Assembly: GCA_002269645.1 (NCBI GenBank)
Contig: NIVC01001238.1
Location: forward strand, 124,001 to 188,000
Direction: 5' to 3'
DNA: 64,000 bases
DNA from: Macrostomum lignano
Taxonomy: Eukaryota
Under the pieces are notes generated by a model that was not told where the DNA came from, searched no databases, and was given only the letters and a program-made list of their open reading frames with translations. Made by a program: the position numbers and the translations under genes. Position 1 is the stretch's first letter, and each line of letters begins with the position of its first letter. This document shows positions 59,701 to 64,000 of this stretch, one piece after another.

Positions 59701-61571
59701 CTTCGGTCCAGAAAGGTTTGCCGGTGTTGCGACACGCGCCGCGCGGGATACTGCCGGTCGCTGCTCCGAGGATGATGTCGCAGAGCTGTTGGTGGTCCGC
59801 GTCCGTGCTCGATTTCTGCGCGGTGGTGATGCCTTGCAAAGTCTCCTCCTCCGCGTCCAGTCGGGCCGCGTAGGACGTCCAGTCCGCTTTCGCGTAGCTC
59901 CACTGGGCCTGTCGTTGGGGACGTTTGGCCTGCTTGTCTCTGGAGAGGGTAAAGGTAATAGGCAGGTGGTCGCTTCCGAGGTCCTCGGAGGTGCTCCGCG
60001 ACGTCCTGACGTAGGCGGCAAGATCACCGGAACACCAAGTGATATCCGGGCAGCTCAGGCCGCCTGTCGCCGGGTTGGTCCGCGTGTGGGCATCCTCGCG
60101 GTTGCCAAGGTGGAGGCCCCGGTCGCAAGCCCACCCCTCGATGCTGTCTCCTCTCTCGTCCTCAGGTTGATGGCTGTCCCATTGTCCATGGCCATTGAAA
60201 TCGCCGGCAATCACCGTGCGGGGCGCGACCGGTATGTCTGACCAGGCTGGGAGCCAGTTGTCCTCCGCGCGCTGGTTGCTATTGGGCGGGGCGTAGACCG
60301 CCACCAATTGGATCTGGCCAACAGCAGCCGGGCAGATGGTCACCGCCGCGTAGTCGAGCAGGCCGCCCCTGCTGACTTCAGGGTTCTTGAAGGGGACGTC
60401 ATCGCGAACCAGGATCAGCACTCCTCCCCTCCCCGTCGGGCGCTGTTTCTTTTTGCAGTTTTTTGGCTTTCGGCCGTTCGGGGCAGGTTCGGCGTCGCCC
60501 TCAGGTTGAGGAAGGGGCGGCGGGTCGGGCCGGCTGGCTTCCCCGGCGGGTCGGGGGGCTTGAGCGTTCCGGCGCTGAGCTGAGGACTGGTTCGCGTGCC
60601 TACAGCACGGGCCTTCGAATGGCACTGAGTATTGCTTAACGGTAGCGAGGCCGCTGCATTTGAGGTGGAGCCACCCGCTGCAGCTGGTGCACTGGACGCT
60701 GTAGCTGTTCCTGCGGATGACCTTGCTGCAGTCCGAACAGTGCCACAGACCTGCTTTCTTGTTGGCCGGTCCGCTCTCCGCCACTCTCCGCGCTTCCGGC
60801 GGGTCCGGGGGAGTGCGGACCCGGGGGGTCGTCAGATGGGGCAGGCCACGGGAGGTCGCGGTTGGAGCAGGCGGAGCGGCCACTTCTGCAGCCGTTGCAC
60901 CAGCCGGTCTTGTCCTGGGGCCATCGGAGGCGGCACCTAGGACGAGTGAGGCGGCGGGTGGTCGGAGCCTCCTCTCCCGCAGGCATTCCATCGTTAGTTC
61001 TCTGGGTGGTATTCGCGGTGGCGGCGGGCTCGGGATCGAGTTTGGCCTCGCCGTCTTTCCAGGCCGCCACGTGGTAACCCTGTGGCGGGTGGAAGGCCGC
61101 TCCTGGGCGGAGCTTGGTCTCCTGGAGCAGGACAGCGACGGGTTGGGTACGGGCAAGTCTCGGTACCGTTGGGACCGAACGGTAAAGCGGACCGATACCC
61201 CGATCGGGCCGGCTGAGGGTTCGGTGCAGGAGGGCCATCAACCTCCTGTGGCATGCGACTGCGTCCACGACGCGCCCCTGGACTCCGGAGACTGTACCTG
61301 GTAATTCGTCCTACCGGATGACGAAATGTCGCTCTTTACGGGGATGCTGCGAAAATTCCAACCGAGTCAACGACGACCTTCCGGCCGCCCCCGATGACAA
61401 CGCCAACCTGCATCGGGTTCTCCGTCTACGCGGAGGCGACAGTAACGTTACAGCTCCGTCCCGCCAGACCAGAAGCAGCAAAAAGCGAGGAAGGGGACAC
61501 AGGTCCGGCTCAGAGCTCCAGGTCCTCCAGTTCAATTGCAACGGACTGCAGGCCCGCCGCACGGAGCTAGC

Positions 61572-61572
<1 letters not shown>
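56701..61572 (-). mobile_element. Near-full-length Ingi/I-group LINE (APE with PHD insert, RT, RNase H, CCHC), (GAA)n tail, 5' ~410 bp inverted; inserted in a (CTG)n tract
   Basis: LQETKL, GGVLILV, YAPP, AGDFNGH, GSDHLPI; QAGFR, LDFSRAYD, GLPQGSVIAP, YADD; WTDGS, TELCAI, TDS, WVPSHCGVAGNE.AD; CPDCG....EHLLLHC. APE motif I (LQFNCNGL) is on the opposite strand at ~61525-61550. Confidence 0.9.
61230..61332 (+). ncRNA. Predicted HDV-like self-cleaving ribozyme at the LINE 5' end
   Basis: P2 gcgac(61255-59)/gtcgc(61328-32); P3 gcg/cgc around L3 UCCACGA; P1 3' strand gcccct then GG for P1.1; P4 tccgg/ccgga; J4/2 CGAAA with candidate catalytic C61322. P1 5' strand (gagggc) has one mismatch. Confidence 0.55.
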
Positions 61573-61604
<32 letters not shown>

Positions 61605-62987
61605 GTGTGCTGCAGACTTGCTCATTGTCGCTGACCTCCATTTCCTCAACCTTCTGATGCATGTCCTCTCGAGTGTGGGGGCCTAGCGGAGAATTAAATG
61701 CTTCAATATCAGCATAGATGGCGAACGGTGCTTCAATAGTTTTGAAGTAGTTTTGAAAAGACAGCACGCTGCGCTTCTCAGTAGGAACTCGTTCCTTGAC
61801 AGCAAACTCATTAGAGCGATAGCACTGCTCTCTGTGCTCATTTAGCTTCTGATCAGTTACGAAAGAGCTCAAGCAGCGTTCACACCACTTTCTGTGGTAA
61901 AGACCGCTTTTACTGTTTAGTAGCCTATCAAGGCTCACAATTCCGCACCAGTGTTTATCCTCTTCATCCTTGTTAGCTGATTTGTTCAATAGTAGGAGAA
62001 GAACTACTTTGCGACTGCATGCGACTTCAACTCGTGGCTGCCTCAGCACACTGACACCGTTACTGCTTGACCAAGAAAAAACTACAAAACATAACCTTGG
62101 GTTCAATAATTCGATTCGTTTTAGCTGGTTGAGTCCAACGGGTAAGGAAATTCCTGAAAGATTGATATCGTTCAACCAGTCCTTGTAAGTAGAAAACCTT
62201 TGAGGGTTTTTCCTCAAATTCTCATCACCGTGATGCAGCACTGCAAGGCAGGCATACAAAAAACAATCAGAGCCAGTACTAGGAGGATTGATGACGGCTT
62301 TTTTGCCTTCAGCAGAGGAGGTAATTCAAAATTGCTTGCGTGACCAGAGTAGAAGCGCAGTCTTTGACCAACCGCAATATTCAAGTCGATGCAGTTGACG
62401 CGCACAATCACCCAACCACTGCCATTTGTGTTCATCTTCTCAATGATGCCTTCGCAACCATCAATCTGCTGCTTCCACCAATCATCAAAGCAAGCGGCGT
62501 CATTGACAGGTTGCAAACGAGTGCTGCTTACCCATCTTTCTTCCTGGTTCACCACTTCACCAGCTTGGATTCTGTTCATTCGGATGCTCATTTTTAGCTG
62601 CGCTCTAACTAAAAGATTTGGGTTCACCATCTTCTCGAATACAATTCGCTGTATTGCTTCCCTGCTCCGTCGGGCGAGTTCAAATGGATCACATGGTGCA
62701 TCGCTTGGCACGGAAATTCGATACACCACCAGGGTTTCGTTGTGCGCACTTGCTACTTGCTGAATGTCTAAAATAAAAAAATTAACAGCTTTGCTTATTT
62801 TCTGTTACTCAAAGGATGATATTCCATGGTAATGAAATTTAGACTCAATAAGCACACTTAAATTGAATTTCTCGATTTTTAAATACAAAACTTCGAATGC
62901 ACCCAGGAATTAAATAACTTAAGGCTGAAATTAAAAATGTTGTTGACTCACGATAAGGATGAATATTGCTGGCACCGTTGTTTTCGA

Positions 62988-63551
62988 TCAAGCTGAGTTC
63001 CCTTCCTGCACTACCGCCGCCAGTGTCGCTTCCTGCACTGCCGCCGCCGGTGTCGCTTCCTGCACTGCCGCCACCGGTGTCGCTTCCTGCACTGCCACCG
63101 CCGGTGTCGCTTCCTGCACTGCCGCCGCCGGTGTCGCTTCCTGCACTACCATCGCCGGTGTCGCTTCCTGCACTACCACCGCCGGTGTCGCTTCCTGCAC
63201 TGCCACCGCCGGTGTCGCTTCCTGCACTACCATCGCCGGTGTCGCTTCCTGCACTACCACCGCCGGTGTCGCTTCCTGCACTGCCGCCGCCGGTGTCGCT
63301 TCCTGCACTGCCACCGCCGGTGTCGCTTCCTGCACTACCACCGCCGGTGTCGATCAGACTGGAACCCTACTAGCACAATCTTGCTTAGTGTTGTTGGTGT
63401 CGGTTTCAGAGAGCCTATCGAAATCACTCTCCGAGTAGTCTGCCCCGGAACTTGATTCAGACCAATTATCTTCGCTCTCTGATTCTGACCAGCAGTCACA
63501 ATCGGACTCTGAAAACTCGCTTGAGTCCTGGTCTGCTCTCTGTCCCTGCAC
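62988..63551 (-). pseudogene. Acidic low-complexity ORF with VQEATPA x17 (21-bp repeat ~63005-63350), one in-frame stop
   Basis: ORFs 63354-63551 and 62988-63341 are the same frame separated by TGA; reading frame through the repeat is uncertain. Confidence 0.35.
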
Positions 63552-63642
63552 AGTGAAAGTGCGGCAGAGTTGAACAACTGTTTTTAGAGCTTATCAACCT
63601 CGCCTCCATTTCAAAACCCCACCCTTTCCACTCAAGCCCCGC

Positions 63643-63922
63643 ACCCGTTACAAAGTTTATTGCCCATTTATTATCAATCCCAGTGCGCCATAGGCAGACA
63701 CTCAAGAACCAAGACAAGAACCTCTCTCTTATCTATTTCACTCCGCACTGACAAATAGTGCGGCAGAGTTGCATAGGCATGCTATAGGATAAGCACAGTG
63801 GGGACGCTGAGGAGTTGCAATGGCCAGGCACAAATTGAGGTGGACGTTTCCACGCTATGCCTACCTTGTTTTTAATTTGTTTACTCTGCTATTCTAAAAA
63901 CCTTCCGATTCTTTGCTTTGCT
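63643..63922 (-). repeat. Right TIR core of the Maverick
   Basis: Reverse complement of 42662-42914 with small indels. Confidence 0.95.
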
Positions 63923-64000
63923 ACAGAGTTGCATTAATGCGGCAGAGTTGAACAACTGTTTTAGAGCTCACACCTATCTGTCCCTGCACAGTGAGAGTTG

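Larger units (their letters stand above)
54039..62767 (-). pseudogene. Protein-primed family B DNA polymerase (pPolB) with embedded endonuclease-VII-like domain; split by a LINE, stops and frameshifts
   Basis: GSGW, DCFLYA, C2H2 CERCL..EH..QC, ExoI YADIE, CHYC..DHDHLTGKFKGAAC..CN, ExoII FHNLRNYD, KGVFPYD, ExoIII YLQLD, motif A DMNNLYG, motif B KLKNNSLFGK, motif C GDTDS, LRPKLYS. Confidence 0.95.
42462..64000. mobile_element. Endogenous Maverick/Polinton (adintovirus-like) element; ~14 kb once nested insertions are removed; right terminus outside the window
   Basis: Left terminus begins AGTAGT (typical Polinton end, established); TIR match; full core set INT, penton, MCP, adenain, FtsK-like ATPase, pPolB. 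Confidence 0.95.

Noticed and set aside
49149-61304. Many overlapping antisense ORFs across the two LINEs
   Set aside because: Shadow ORFs of GC-rich coding sequence with no independent motifs.
43178-62305. Programmed frameshifting at PC4, integrase, nuclease-like ORF and pPolB
   Set aside because: Shifts sit in short homopolymers in mid-domain with no slippery heptamer plus structure; mutation or long-read consensus error is more likely.

Overview
Eukaryotic (metazoan) genomic DNA with GC-rich exons and introns filled by minisatellites. The style suggests a flatworm such as Macrostomum; this is inference only. Left to right: (1) the 3' end of a CCM2/malcavernin gene, followed by a tandem partial duplicate of its harmonin-homology domain and C-terminal tail; (2) ~12 kb of minisatellite arrays around unique islands that may hold an unassigned gene; (3) a multi-exon Dispatched-like gene (17.8-25.6 kb); (4) a PAN/apple + C-type-lectin locus present as one intact gene and two broken paralogous pieces, with a young full-length Ty3/Gypsy element (30880-35387), SINEs, a LINE tail and a decayed Gypsy split by a 2.65-kb 21-bp array; (5) from 42462 to beyond the window end, an endogenous Maverick/Polinton (adintovirus-like) element. 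It has TIRs, a chromodomain integrase, penton, basic core protein, major capsid, adenain protease, packaging ATPase and protein-primed PolB. Main surprise: this element also encodes a two-repeat TATA-binding-protein (TBP) homologue and a PC4/Sub1 homologue, a candidate self-encoded basal transcription module. It is decayed (stops, frameshifts) and hosts four nested insertions: a solo LTR that forms an exact GT-AG intron in the ATPase, an RTE-like LINE, a 147-bp hairpin element, and an Ingi/I-group LINE. The last has a 5' inversion, a predicted HDV-like ribozyme, a ubiquitin-like LRLRGG motif and a PHD finger inside its endonuclease. All domain calls come from motifs recognised by eye, without database searches. 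Some homopolymer frameshifts may be assembly errors.
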